NCBI GenBank assembly: GCA_045541875.1
Contig: JAZQJX010000099.1
Coordinates: 2,684-66,683, forward strand
Reading direction: 5' to 3'
Source of the DNA: Clostridia bacterium
Lineage (GTDB): Bacteria > Bacillota > Clostridia > UMGS1810
Length of the DNA stretch: 64,000 nt
Every line of letters starts with the position of its first letter. Position 1 is the stretch's first letter. The notes under the pieces were generated by a model. The model had not been told where the DNA came from. It worked only from the letters and a program-made list of their open reading frames with translations, and did not search any database. The position numbers and the translations under genes are program-made. Positions 36,786 through 46,673 of the stretch are shown piece after piece.

Positions 36786-37481
36786 ATGATTGCTTTATAC
36801 ATATTACTCGGAGTCGTTTGCCTGTACTTTTTGGTTTTCACAATTTTTGCATCGGCAAATATATCAAATATAATGGGAAGAGACCCTGCGGCAAGAAATC
36901 CTCTTGAGATTTTCTTTCTCTATCCCGGTGTACATGCTGTGTCAAATCACCGAATTGCTCACTTTTTTTACAAGATTAAACTTTTCTTTATTGCAAGGTG
37001 TATATCTCAGGTTTCAAGATTTTTCACAGGTATTGAAATCCATCCCGGTGCAAAAATCGGAAAAGGGCTTTTCATTGATCACGGTATGGGGGTTATCATA
37101 GGAGAAACAACCATAATAGGTGATAACTGCACCATATATCAGAATGTTACCCTTGGTGGAACAGGTAAGGACAAGGGCAAACGTCATCCCACAATCGGTT
37201 CAAACGTAATGATAGGAAGCGGTGCCAAAGTCCTGGGACCTTTCACCGTTGGAGACAATTCAAAAATTGCCGCAAATGCGGTTGTACTTTCAGAAGTTCC
37301 GCCAAACAGTACTTGTGTAGGTGTTCCGGCAAGAGTTGTCAGAATCAACAATAAAAAAGTCGGCGAAGAACTTGATCAGATTCACATTCCCGACCCTGTC
37401 AGTCAGGAACTTTGCAGAATGCAGATAAAGATTGAAGAATTAACAAAAAAGATAGAAAAACTGGAGGATAAGAAACAATGA
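36786..37481 (+). CDS. cysE: serine O-acetyltransferase
   Basis: [19 protein letters not shown]...[30 protein letters not shown] hexapeptide core and C-terminal coiled tail. GGAG RBS. Confidence 0.9.
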   Translation: MIALYILLGVVCLYFLVFTIFASANISNIMGRDPAARNPLEIFFLYPGVHAVSNHRIAHFFYKIKLFFIARCISQVSRFFTGIEIHPGAKIGKGLFIDHGMGVIIGETTIIGDNCTIYQNVTLGGTGKDKGKRHPTIGSNVMIGSGAKVLGPFTVGDNSKIAANAVVLSEVPPNSTCVGVPARVVRINNKKVGEELDQIHIPDPVSQELCRMQIKIEELTKKIEKLEDKKQ

Positions 37482-38866
37482 AACTTTTCAACAGTATGTC
37501 AGGAAAAAAAGAAGAATTTGTTCCCATTGAAGAGGGCAAAGTAAAAATGTATTCCTGCGGACCTACCGTATATAACTATTTCCACATAGGAAACGCACGT
37601 CCCTTCATAATTTTTGACACTTTAAGAAGATACTTTGAATACAGAGGTTATGAGGTGAGTTTTGTTCAGAATTTCACAGATATTGACGATAAAATGATAA
37701 AACGTGCCAATGAAGAAAATATAACAGTAAGAGAACTTGCTGACAGATTCATTGACGAATATTTTAAAGATGCAAAAGGTCTTGGCATAAAAGAGGCAAC
37801 AGTTCATCCCAGAGCAACAGAAAATATTGATTCCATAATTGAAATCATAAAAAATCTTGAAGAAAAAGGCTACGCATATAACGTTGACGGCGATGTATAT
37901 TTCAGCGTTAAAAAGTTTAAAGATTACGGAAAACTTTCTCATCAGCCTTTGGAAAATCTTGAACTTGGTGCAAGAATTGAAGTGGGAGACAAGAAAAGAG
38001 ATCCAATGGACTTTGCAGTATGGAAGGCAAAAAAAGAGGGCGAACCTGCATGGGAGAGTCCCTGGGGTGAGGGAAGACCCGGATGGCATATTGAGTGTAG
38101 TGCTATGGCAACAAGGTTTTTGGGTGAGACCATAGATATTCACTCAGGCGGAAAAGATCTTATTTTCCCGCACCACGAAAACGAGATTGCACAGAGTGAA
38201 TGTGCTCACGGTAAGACGTTTGCAAACTACTGGCTTCACAACGGATATATTAATGTCAACAATCAGAAGATGAGCAAATCTCTCGGCAATTTCTTCACAG
38301 TAAGAGATGTTGTAAAAGAATTTGAATATATAGTAATCAGATTCTTCATGCTTTCTGCTCACTACCGCAATCCCATAAACTTCAGTCATGATCTTTTGAT
38401 GCAGGCAAAATCCGGACTCGAAAGAATCAATACGTGTATAGACAATCTTGTTTTTCTTTCAGAATCTGCACAAGGTGAAACATCTTGCGATGAAAACATA
38501 CAGGCTCTTGATGGATTCAAAGATAATTTCATAACTGCTATGGATGATGACATCAATACTGCAGATGCCATTTCAGTTATTTTTGATATTGTTAAGTATG
38601 CAAACACTAATTTTAATGAAAATACATCAAAGACAACCTTGGAATATACAATCTCACTTTTAAAAGAACTTATGAATGTTCTGGGAATTTTAAAAGAAGA
38701 TTCAAATGATTTTCTTGATTCTGATATTGAAGCACTCATAGAAGAAAGAAACAACGCAAGAAAGAACAAAGATTTTAAACGTGCGGACGAAATCCGTGAT
38801 ATGCTTAAAGACGCCGGAATCATTCTCGAGGATACCAGAGGCGGAGTAAAATGGAAAAGAGCGTAA
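37478..38866 (+). CDS. cysS: cysteine--tRNA ligase
   Basis: HIGNARP (HIGH) and KMSKSLGN (KMSKS) motifs. The ATGA overlaps the cysE stop. Confidence 0.95.
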   Translation: MKLFNSMSGKKEEFVPIEEGKVKMYSCGPTVYNYFHIGNARPFIIFDTLRRYFEYRGYEVSFVQNFTDIDDKMIKRANEENITVRELADRFIDEYFKDAKGLGIKEATVHPRATENIDSIIEIIKNLEEKGYAYNVDGDVYFSVKKFKDYGKLSHQPLENLELGARIEVGDKKRDPMDFAVWKAKKEGEPAWESPWGEGRPGWHIECSAMATRFLGETIDIHSGGKDLIFPHHENEIAQSECAHGKTFANYWLHNGYINVNNQKMSKSLGNFFTVRDVVKEFEYIVIRFFMLSAHYRNPINFSHDLLMQAKSGLERINTCIDNLVFLSESAQGETSCDENIQALDGFKDNFITAMDDDINTADAISVIFDIVKYANTNFNENTSKTTLEYTISLLKELMNVLGILKEDSNDFLDSDIEALIEERNNARKNKDFKRADEIRDMLKDAGIILEDTRGGVKWKRA

Positions 38867-38867
38867 T

Positions 38868-39272
38868 ATGACAGAATTTGATATTTTGATAAATGCAGAT
38901 CAGGTTTCCCCCTTATCTCTTGCATATATAGGAGATGCAGTGTATGAACTCTACATTCGTTCATACATTATGCATTCTGTTAATATGCCTGTTGCAAAAC
39001 TTCATAAAGCGGCAACAAAGTTTGTTAGTGCAAAGTCACAGTCTAAGATTTATCATATGATAAAAGACAGCCTCACCGAGGAAGAAAATACAGTTTTCAA
39101 ACGTGGCAGGAATGCACATTCATATACAAGTGCCAAAAATGCAGACATTGTTCAATATCGCATTGCAACAGGTCTTGAGGCACTAATTGGTTATCTCTAT
39201 ATAAAAAAAGACACAGAGCGTCTTGAACAAATAATTTCCATGTGCATACGCTGTGCAGAATCCGAAGAATAA
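38868..39272 (+). CDS. mrnC: mini-ribonuclease 3
   Basis: LAYIGDAVYELYIR motif, 134 aa, and the conserved cysE-cysS-mrnC order known from Bacillus subtilis. Confidence 0.85.
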   Translation: MTEFDILINADQVSPLSLAYIGDAVYELYIRSYIMHSVNMPVAKLHKAATKFVSAKSQSKIYHMIKDSLTEEENTVFKRGRNAHSYTSAKNADIVQYRIATGLEALIGYLYIKKDTERLEQIISMCIRCAESEE

Positions 39273-39312
39273 AAATTTGTAAAGGAACAAAGTATATTTC
39301 AGAGGTGACAAT

Positions 39313-40146
39313 ATGGAACTTTTGAAAAAATACTCTGCAATAATCTTTGGATGTATTACATCTGGAGCAGGAATAGGACTTTTTCTTTCACCCGGAAAAA
39401 TTGCCGCAGGCGGGGCGTCGGGAATTGGGATTTTGTTATATAATCTTTTTTCGTTTCCTGTTTCACTTACAGTCATAATAATTAATGCTTTGCTTGTTAT
39501 AATAGGCTACAGATATCTTGAAAAATCTGTTATTGTAAAAACAGTAGTATCAACTTTGTTTCTGTCAGTATTTATTGAAATATTTTCAAAGGTATCACTT
39601 GGATTTAGTGATCCGATAATATCTTGTGCATATGGGGGAACATTGGTAGGACTTGGTTCAGGCATTGTTATAAATTCAGGATCGTCAACCGGTGGAAGTG
39701 ATTTCGGTGCAGTAATTTTGCATAGATTCATACCTTTTGTGTCAGTGCCAAGGTTAATGCTTTTTATTGACCTTGCAATAGCAATGGTATCCGGCGGAGC
39801 GTTTTCTGATATTTCCCTGATGTTATATGCAGTTGCGGCACTTTTCATTGCATCTAAATCAGCAGAATTTGTTATTGAAGGTGTTAATTTTTCAAAACTG
39901 ATATTCATAATCAGCGATAAAAACGACGAAATAGCAAATTATATAATTAATAAAATCAACAGAGGAGTCACGTCATTTGAAGCAAAAGGTGAGTTTTCGG
40001 GAATGGGAAAGAAAGTTCTTATGTGCGCCCTTTCGCCCATTCAGTTTCCAAAACTTAAATCATATATTCACTCAAAAGACAAAAATGCATTTATAATTCT
40101 TTCCGATGCGAGAAATGTGTTCGGCGAGGGTTTTAATATGGAATAG
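39313..40146 (+). CDS. YitT family membrane protein (DUF2179 C-terminal domain)
   Basis: N-terminal polytopic region with GGASGIGILL and a soluble C-terminal domain (GVTSFEAKGEFSG). Confidence 0.8.
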   Translation: MELLKKYSAIIFGCITSGAGIGLFLSPGKIAAGGASGIGILLYNLFSFPVSLTVIIINALLVIIGYRYLEKSVIVKTVVSTLFLSVFIEIFSKVSLGFSDPIISCAYGGTLVGLGSGIVINSGSSTGGSDFGAVILHRFIPFVSVPRLMLFIDLAIAMVSGGAFSDISLMLYAVAALFIASKSAEFVIEGVNFSKLIFIISDKNDEIANYIINKINRGVTSFEAKGEFSGMGKKVLMCALSPIQFPKLKSYIHSKDKNAFIILSDARNVFGEGFNME

Positions 40147-40168
40147 AAAAACAGGGAGGAATAGGGTT

Positions 40169-41017
40169 ATGTTAACCAATACACAACTTGAACTTACAGC
40201 TTACAAAATCAGAAGACACGCCATTGATGGTGTGTATAGTGCTGCTTCGGGACATCCGGGCGGTTCACTCTCAATATCGGACATATTGTCTGTGTTGTAT
40301 TTCGACGAAATGAATGTTGATCCTAAAGATCCTCAAAATCCTTCAAGAGACAGATTTGTCCTTTCAAAAGGTCACTGTGCTCCTGCACTCTACGGTGCAC
40401 TTGCAGAAAAAGGATTTATTCCAAAAGAGGACATTAAAACTTTGAGGAAATCAGACAGTTACCTTCAGGGACATCCTGACATGAAATCAATTCCCGGCGT
40501 TGATATGTCAACCGGTTCTCTTGGTCAGGGCATATGTGCTGCAAACGGAATGGCACTGGCTGCAAAACTTGATAATAAAGACTATAGAGTATACACAATT
40601 TTAGGAGACGGCGAACTTGAAGAAGGACAAGTATGGGAAGCTGCAATGTTTGCATCCCACTATAAACTTGATAATCTCACTGCATTTGTAGACTTTAACG
40701 GACTTCAGATTGACGGAGACATAACAGAGGTTATGAATCCTACTCCCATTGATAAAAAATTTGAGGCATTTGGCTGGAATGTTCTTGTTATTGATGCTCA
40801 TAACTTTGACGAAATAAAAAATGCCATAAAGACAGCAAAAGAAACAAAAGGCAAACCCACAGTTATAGTTGCAAAAAGCATAAAAGGAAAAGGTGTTTCC
40901 TATATGGAAAATAATGCCGCATGGCACGGAAATGCTCCTAAAGAAGCAGATTACATAATTGCAATTAATGAAATTGATGCAAAAATAAAAGAACTGGAGG
41001 CAAAAGTAAATGGCTGA
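40169..41017 (+). CDS. transketolase, N-terminal (TPP-binding) subunit
   Basis: ATG 40169 follows GGGAGGA. SGHPGGSLS, GHCAPALY and GDGELEEG motifs. Confidence 0.9.
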   Translation: MLTNTQLELTAYKIRRHAIDGVYSAASGHPGGSLSISDILSVLYFDEMNVDPKDPQNPSRDRFVLSKGHCAPALYGALAEKGFIPKEDIKTLRKSDSYLQGHPDMKSIPGVDMSTGSLGQGICAANGMALAAKLDNKDYRVYTILGDGELEEGQVWEAAMFASHYKLDNLTAFVDFNGLQIDGDITEVMNPTPIDKKFEAFGWNVLVIDAHNFDEIKNAIKTAKETKGKPTVIVAKSIKGKGVSYMENNAAWHGNAPKEADYIIAINEIDAKIKELEAKVNG

Positions 41018-41954
41018 TGTAAAGAAAATCGCAACCAGAGAATCATATGGTAATGCTCTTGCAGAACTTGGTGAAAAATATGATATCATAGTGCTTGATG
41101 CCGACCTTTCAAAATCCACCAAAACAGAGGTTTTCAAAAAGAAATTTCCGGAAAGATTCATAAATATGGGAATTGCGGAAGCAAATATGATGAGTACTGC
41201 GGCAGGTCTTGCGTCATGTGGAAAAACCGTATTTGCAAGTTCATTTGCAATGTTTGCCGCAGGAAGAGCATTTGAACAGATAAGAAACTCTATTTGTTAT
41301 CCCTGCCTCAATGTAAAAATCGGCGCAACTCATGCCGGTATCTCTGTTGGTGAAGACGGTGCAACTCACCAGTGCCTTGAAGATATATCTCTTATGAGAA
41401 CTCTTCCTAATATGGTTGTTATTAACCCTGCAGATGACACGGAAGCGAAAGCGGCAGTTGAGGCTGCAGTAAAACACAACGGACCTGTATATCTGAGATT
41501 TGGAAGGCTCAGCGTGCCTGTAATTTTTGACGATTCCTACAAATTTGAAATCGGAAAAGGTGTTATGCTTAAAGAAGGAACAGACGTAACACTTGTTGCA
41601 ACAGGACTTTTGGTTGAAACTGCACTCAAAGCATCTGAAATTCTTGCAAGCGAAGGAATAAGTGCAAGGGTAATTAACATTGCAACCATAAAACCCATAG
41701 ACAGAGAAATAATTGCAAAGGCAGCAATGGAAACCGGCGCTCTCGTGTCATGTGAAGAACACAATATTATAGGTGGTCTTGGAAGTGCTGTTGCTGAAGT
41801 CCTTTGTGAAACTCATCCCGCATCTCTTATGAGAATCGGAACACAAGATGTATTTGGTAAATCAGGTAAACCTGATAAATTATTTGAGGATTATGGTCTC
41901 ACTGCAGAAGCGATTGTTGAATCTGCAAAAAAAGCAATATCTTTAAAAAAATAA
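41010..41954 (+). CDS. transketolase, C-terminal (pyrimidine-binding) subunit
   Basis: RESYGNAL, GIAEANM and EDGATHQ motifs. Overlaps the N-terminal subunit gene by 8 nt. Confidence 0.9.
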   Translation: MADVKKIATRESYGNALAELGEKYDIIVLDADLSKSTKTEVFKKKFPERFINMGIAEANMMSTAAGLASCGKTVFASSFAMFAAGRAFEQIRNSICYPCLNVKIGATHAGISVGEDGATHQCLEDISLMRTLPNMVVINPADDTEAKAAVEAAVKHNGPVYLRFGRLSVPVIFDDSYKFEIGKGVMLKEGTDVTLVATGLLVETALKASEILASEGISARVINIATIKPIDREIIAKAAMETGALVSCEEHNIIGGLGSAVAEVLCETHPASLMRIGTQDVFGKSGKPDKLFEDYGLTAEAIVESAKKAISLKK

Positions 41955-41988
41955 ATTTAATACATAGTATGGAATTGGAGTGAGACAA

Positions 41989-42750
41989 GTGCCTGACAAT
42001 ACATGGAAAAACAGTAAGGGAAAAAAGAAGTTTTTTATCTTGTTTTCAATATTCGCTGTGATTTGTCTTGCTCTTTTCCTGACATACTTTATCGGGATAC
42101 GCTTTATGCGGATTGCATCATCCGGGGTTGAGTTCAGAGATTTCATTCAAAGTTACGGATTTTTTGGAATATTTGTGGCGATAGGGATTCAGTTTCTTCA
42201 GGTGTTTATTGCCCTTATTCCCGGAGAAGTAATAGAAATAGGAATCGGGTTTGCCTACGGATGGATTGGTGGTACAATTCTTTCTCTCGTTGGAGTCGGA
42301 ATGGCATCATTTGTTATTTTTGCACTAACCAAAAGATTCGGAGTCAGACTTGTGGAGATTTTTGTCTCTCCGGGCAAAATTAATGAATTGAGATTTATAA
42401 ACAGTGAAGAAAAATTAAGAAGATTTACATTCATTGTATATCTTCTGCCCGGAACACCAAAAGACCTTTTAACTTACTTTCTTGGTCTCACGAAAATGAA
42501 TATAAAAGATTTTTTAACCATAACACTTTTTGCACGAATACCGTCTGTGATTTCGTCCGTAGTGGGCGGTAATCTCATAGGGGAAAGGCAATATTTTAAA
42601 GCAATTGTTCTTTTTCTAATAACAGCGTTGGTCAGTCTTGCAGGTTTAAAAGTTTATGGTATACTTATGGAAAAGTTGAAAAAAAGATCGCAAAACAGAA
42701 AAGAATTTATTAAAAATATAATCAATAGAAGAAATAAAGACAGAATCTAA
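41989..42750 (+). CDS. TVP38/TMEM64 (DedA-related, SNARE-associated) family membrane protein
   Basis: GTG 41989 is 8 nt after GGAG (41977-41980); the track start 41980 overlaps the RBS. LLPGTPKDLLTYFLGLT motif. Confidence 0.7.
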   Translation: MPDNTWKNSKGKKKFFILFSIFAVICLALFLTYFIGIRFMRIASSGVEFRDFIQSYGFFGIFVAIGIQFLQVFIALIPGEVIEIGIGFAYGWIGGTILSLVGVGMASFVIFALTKRFGVRLVEIFVSPGKINELRFINSEEKLRRFTFIVYLLPGTPKDLLTYFLGLTKMNIKDFLTITLFARIPSVISSVVGGNLIGERQYFKAIVLFLITALVSLAGLKVYGILMEKLKKRSQNRKEFIKNIINRRNKDRI

Positions 42751-42772
42751 CAAAGGAAAGGAGGCAGTATAT

Positions 42773-43411
42773 ATGACAAATAGACATGTACCTCTTGTAG
42801 TTATTAAAAGACTTCCAAGATATCATCGTTATCTCGGAGAACTTCTTGACAATAAAATATATAGGGTTTCATCAACTGAACTAAGTGAAAAAATGGGTGT
42901 TACTGCTTCTCAGATACGTCAGGACCTTAACTATTTTGGTGGTTTTGGTCAGCAGGGGTATGGATATAATGTTCAGATGCTTTATGATGCCATAACTACA
43001 CTTTTAGGACTTAATAAAGGATATAAAACGGTTATAATTGGTGCAGGTAATCTTGGCAGAGCACTTGCAAACTATGCCGGATTTCCTAAAAGGGGATTTA
43101 ATCTTATAGGTATTTTTGACACAAATCCTGCTTTGATAGGGAAGGAAATTTCAGGTCAGATAATAAAACATTATGACGATGCAAAGGACTTCATAGAGGC
43201 AGAAAAACCCGACATTGCCATTCTTGCTGTTCCGAAGGTGGCAGTTAACAAAGTTGCCGAAGATATGGTATCATATGGCATAAAGGCTCTCTGGAATTTT
43301 GCTCATGTAGATCTCGTTCTTCCCGGAGATGTAATAGTTGAAAATGTACACCTCAGTGATTCTTTGATGACGCTTTCATATCGTATGTCAGAGTTTGGTG
43401 AAAGAAAATGA
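42773..43411 (+). CDS. rex: redox-sensing transcriptional repressor Rex
   Basis: VIKRLPRYHRYL wHTH, Rossmann GAGNLGRAL, 212 aa. Confidence 0.9.
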   Translation: MTNRHVPLVVIKRLPRYHRYLGELLDNKIYRVSSTELSEKMGVTASQIRQDLNYFGGFGQQGYGYNVQMLYDAITTLLGLNKGYKTVIIGAGNLGRALANYAGFPKRGFNLIGIFDTNPALIGKEISGQIIKHYDDAKDFIEAEKPDIAILAVPKVAVNKVAEDMVSYGIKALWNFAHVDLVLPGDVIVENVHLSDSLMTLSYRMSEFGERK

Positions 43412-44223
43412 GAACAGTCGGTTTTTCAGGAAAAAGTGGATCAGGAAAAAGTTTCAAAGCACTTTCTGTTGCATCTGACAATGATGTAAAATTAATAGTT
43501 GATGACGGACTTCTGATATGTGAAGGAAAAGTTCTTGCAGGAAAATCGGCAAAAAAAGAAAAGAACAAATATGCATCTGTTCTGAGAGCAATATTCAATG
43601 ATGATGAACACGCCAATCAGGTTAAAAAGGCAATAAAAAAATCCGGTGAAGATTCAATACTGATTCTCGGAACGAGCGAAAAAATGGTTAATCTTATAGC
43701 GGAAAAACTTGGAGTTTCACCTGTAGATAAACACATTCACATTGAAGACGTGGCAACAACTCAGGAAATAAAAATTGCAAATGATATGAGGATAAGATAC
43801 GGAAAACATGTTATACCTGTTCCTACCCTTGAAATCAAAAGAACGTTTTCGGGATATCTTCTCGATCCGATAACTTCAATAAAAAAACTTGCAGACGGAC
43901 TTTTTGATAAGAATTCATCAGAACGCACAATCATAAGACCGACATACGGATATATGGGTGATTTTGAAATAACAGAAAAAGTACTTTGCCAGATTGCTCA
44001 GTATGAAGCATCAATTGTTGACGGGGTTGCATCTGTGGATAAGGTCGTATATTATCAGAACAATTTCAAAAATGAATTCAGGATTGATGTGACTCTCAAA
44101 TATGGATATAACTTTAAAAATGTATGCTCATCCATTCAAACCCGAATTGCAGAATCGATTGACCATATGGCAGCCATATATATTGATTCGGTTGATGTGT
44201 GTGTTGTAAAGGTAAAAGTATGA
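43408..44223 (+). CDS. uncharacterised fusion: N-terminal P-loop (Walker A) domain plus C-terminal Asp23/Gls24-like domain
   Basis: The ATGA overlaps the rex stop. Walker A G8KSGSGKS15. The C-terminal ~100 aa (DFEITEKVLCQIAQYEASIVDGVASVDK...RIAESIDHMAAIYIDSVDVCV) reads like the Asp23 family. Confidence 0.55.
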   Translation: MRTVGFSGKSGSGKSFKALSVASDNDVKLIVDDGLLICEGKVLAGKSAKKEKNKYASVLRAIFNDDEHANQVKKAIKKSGEDSILILGTSEKMVNLIAEKLGVSPVDKHIHIEDVATTQEIKIANDMRIRYGKHVIPVPTLEIKRTFSGYLLDPITSIKKLADGLFDKNSSERTIIRPTYGYMGDFEITEKVLCQIAQYEASIVDGVASVDKVVYYQNNFKNEFRIDVTLKYGYNFKNVCSSIQTRIAESIDHMAAIYIDSVDVCVVKVKV

Positions 44224-44233
44224 AGATGTAAAG

Positions 44234-44276
44234 ATGTATGATAAGAACATATGAACTTGTCATACATCTTTTTTTG
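44234..44276 (+). terminator. intrinsic terminator of the rex operon
   Basis: ATGTATGA (44234-44241) pairs with TCATACAT (44260-44267), followed by CTTTTTTT. Confidence 0.65.
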
Positions 44277-44425
44277 ATGAAAACATATTGGTTTTGGTTG
44301 GCGGTGTTAAACCTTATTTTGATTATTTTAATTTGAAAATGTTTCAAAAAAATCGACTTTTATCTTTCAAATTCAGAAAATTTGACGAAATTTTGAAATT
44401 TTAGCCTTTGAAACTTGCAAAAGTG

Positions 44426-44454
44426 TTGACTCAGTAACCTGTTGGTGCTATAAT
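44426..44454 (+). promoter_or_regulatory. sigma-A promoter of gdhA
   Basis: TTGACT (44426-44431), exact 17-nt spacer, TATAAT (44449-44454). Implies a 5' leader of about 150 nt. Confidence 0.6.
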
Positions 44455-44612
44455 GAATATTATATTTTTTGTATGGCAGATTTTCTAATTTATCTATTTC
44501 AGAAGATGCAGCTGTTTATGTTTCAACTGCACCATAGCCTGTCGGAATCATTCCCGTGGGTTAAAGTTGCAAATTCTGTTGTACCATTCCTAATTTCTGA
44601 GGAGGATAAAAA

Positions 44613-45968
44613 ATGAGTATTAAAAATGCATATCTTGCAAAAGTAATGGATGATGTTGTAAAACGTCATCCGGGAGAAAAGGAATTTCATCAGGCAGTAA
44701 AAGAAGTTCTCGAATCTCTTGATCCCGTAATCGTAAGACATCCTGAATTTGAAGAAACAGGTCTCATTGACAGAATTGTAGAGCCTGAACGTCTTATCTG
44801 TTTCAGAGTATCATGGATTGATGATCAGGGCAAAGTTCAGGTTAACAGAGGTTTCAGAGTTCAGTTTAACTCTTGTATCGGACCATATAAGGGCGGTCTT
44901 CGTTTCCATCCTTCAGTTTATTCCGGTATCATAAAATTCCTTGGATTTGAACAGACATTCAAAAACAGTCTCACAGGTCTCCCCATTGGCGGAGGTAAAG
45001 GTGGTGCAGACTTTGACCCAAGAGGAAAGAGTGATGCAGAGATTATGAGATTCTGTCAGGCATTTATGACAGAACTTTACAGATTTATCGGTCCCGACGT
45101 TGACGTGCCTGCAGGAGATATAGGCTGCGGAACAAAAGAAATCGGATATCTTTTCGGTCAGTACAAAAGAATCAAAGCCTGCTGGAACAGCGGAGTTCTC
45201 ACAGGTAAAGGTTATGAATATGGCGGATCTCATATCAGACCTGAGGCAACAGGATTTGGCGCTACATACTATACATGTGAAGTTCTTGGACATTTTGGTG
45301 AAGAACTTAAAGGAAAGACAGTTGCAGTGTCAGGTTTCGGTAATGTTGCATGGGGTGTTGCAAAAAAAGTTGCAGAACTTGGCGGTAAGGTTGTAACTCT
45401 TTCAGGTCCTGATGGTTACATCTATGATCCTGACGGTGTAACAACAAGTGAAAAGATTGAATATATGCTGGAGATGAGAGCATCAGGACGTGACCGTGTT
45501 CAGGATTATGCTGATAAATTCGGTTGTGAATTCCATCCCGGTGAAAAACCCTGGGGCGTAAAGGTAGACATTTGTATGCCTTGTGCAACTCAGAATGAGA
45601 TAGACGTTAAAGAGGCAACAAAAATTATTGATAATGGTACAAAATACTACATTGAAGTTGCAAATATGCCCACAACTGCAGAAGCATCAGCAATTCTTAA
45701 AGAAAAAGGTGTTATTATTGCTCCTTCAAAAGCAGTTAACGCCGGAGGTGTTGCAGTATCTGCTCTTGAAATGGCTCAGAACTCAATGAGATATAGTTGG
45801 ACTGCAGAAGAAGTTGATGAAAAACTTAAGGGCATCATGGTAAACATTCATAATGTCTCAATGGCAGCAGCAGAAGAATACGGTCTTGGATATGACCTTG
45901 TGGCAGGTGCTAACATTGCAGGATTTATGAAAGTTGCAAAGGCTATGCTTGCACACGGTATTATCTGA
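44613..45968 (+). CDS. gdhA: NADP-specific glutamate dehydrogenase
   Basis: GPYKGGLRFHP, KNSLTGLPIGGGKGG and GFGNVAWG motifs; 451 aa. Confidence 0.95.
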   Translation: MSIKNAYLAKVMDDVVKRHPGEKEFHQAVKEVLESLDPVIVRHPEFEETGLIDRIVEPERLICFRVSWIDDQGKVQVNRGFRVQFNSCIGPYKGGLRFHPSVYSGIIKFLGFEQTFKNSLTGLPIGGGKGGADFDPRGKSDAEIMRFCQAFMTELYRFIGPDVDVPAGDIGCGTKEIGYLFGQYKRIKACWNSGVLTGKGYEYGGSHIRPEATGFGATYYTCEVLGHFGEELKGKTVAVSGFGNVAWGVAKKVAELGGKVVTLSGPDGYIYDPDGVTTSEKIEYMLEMRASGRDRVQDYADKFGCEFHPGEKPWGVKVDICMPCATQNEIDVKEATKIIDNGTKYYIEVANMPTTAEASAILKEKGVIIAPSKAVNAGGVAVSALEMAQNSMRYSWTAEEVDEKLKGIMVNIHNVSMAAAEEYGLGYDLVAGANIAGFMKVAKAMLAHGII

Positions 45969-45992
45969 TTATATTATGTAAAAGCAAATAAT

Positions 45993-46037
45993 AAATGGTC
46001 TGTAAAATCTGATTGTGGATTTTACAGACCATTTTTG
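45993..46037. terminator. bidirectional intrinsic terminator
   Basis: AATGGTCTGTAAAATC (45994-46009) pairs with GATTTTACAGACCATT (46018-46033), followed by TTTT. Confidence 0.75.
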
Positions 46038-46043
46038 TGTACA

Positions 46044-46346
46044 CTATAATAGTTCGCTTATAAGTATGAAACCGATAATAATTGGCATTAAAGGATCTTC
46101 ACCGTCACCGTTTAATAAAAGGAAAATTAGCACACCGATAAGAAGCAAATCGTCTGCCTCAAGACCTGCAAGGAGAGATTTGTTTTTTTGCCCATATGCA
46201 GCTATTTCTGAGGATTCATTCTTTGAAACGTTATTTGTTTCGTGATTGTCAGCATATGTATCACCCCTCGCATGGGGGACAAAAACTTCGCCTGAATCAT
46301 TTTCAGGGTTTACTCTGGCGTAACCGTCATAATATCTCCGATACAA
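46044..46346 (-). CDS. small hypothetical membrane protein (third gene of a small-protein operon)
   Basis: TTG start follows AAGGATG. Polar N-terminal half; hydrophobic tail LLLIGVLIFLLLNGDGEDPLMPIIIGFILISELL. Confidence 0.5.
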   Translation of the reverse strand: MYRRYYDGYARVNPENDSGEVFVPHARGDTYADNHETNNVSKNESSEIAAYGQKNKSLLAGLEADDLLLIGVLIFLLLNGDGEDPLMPIIIGFILISELL

Positions 46347-46358
46347 AATAACACATCC

Positions 46359-46661
46359 TTATAAGTCTTTGAAAACAGATGAAAGTTTGGTTAGTTTCAG
46401 CATTTTTATTGCTTTATCAATGTTGTCTGCTCTTGACTGTCTCATATACGGCTTTAGGGCAGACAGAAGATTAATTCTGTTGTCACCGGCGTAGTTAAGA
46501 GATGACACAGCATTTTTGACAGTTGTCTCAAAATTATCATCAAGTCCGGTTTCTGATTTGCTTTCAGATTGCGAATTGGAGTTTAAAAGAGACGACACCA
46601 TATCCATAGCACCGGGATTTGACATAATCTGCTTTAATTTTTCAACTAAATCATCAGACAT
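46359..46661 (-). CDS. small hypothetical protein (100 aa)
   Basis: GGAGAGG RBS. Ser/Asn-rich middle; C-terminal LLSALKPYMRQSRADNIDKAIKMLKL helix. Confidence 0.55.
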   Translation of the reverse strand: MSDDLVEKLKQIMSNPGAMDMVSSLLNSNSQSESKSETGLDDNFETTVKNAVSSLNYAGDNRINLLSALKPYMRQSRADNIDKAIKMLKLTKLSSVFKDL

Positions 46662-46673
46662 TATAACCTCTCC

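Noticed and set aside
37622-41161. Long minus-strand ORFs at 37622-38143, 38386-38964, 39507-39908 and 40601-41161, opposite cysS, mrnC, the YitT gene and transketolase.
   Set aside because: The plus-strand genes carry textbook motifs (HIGH/KMSKS, TPP-binding). The antisense products are low-complexity and lack RBSs.
44332-44348. The palindrome TTTGAAA-ATG-TTTCAAA considered as a Rex operator, since rex is the neighbouring operon.
   Set aside because: The Rex consensus TTGTGAA-N4-TTCACAA has 4 nt between TGAA and TTCA. Here the spacing is 5 nt and the flanking GT/AC positions are missing.
44455-44612. The gdhA leader as a known nitrogen or glutamine riboswitch.
   Set aside because: I could not recognise the glnA-RNA or any other motif by eye. 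Only small generic hairpins are present. It is kept as a low-weight remark within the gdhA finding.
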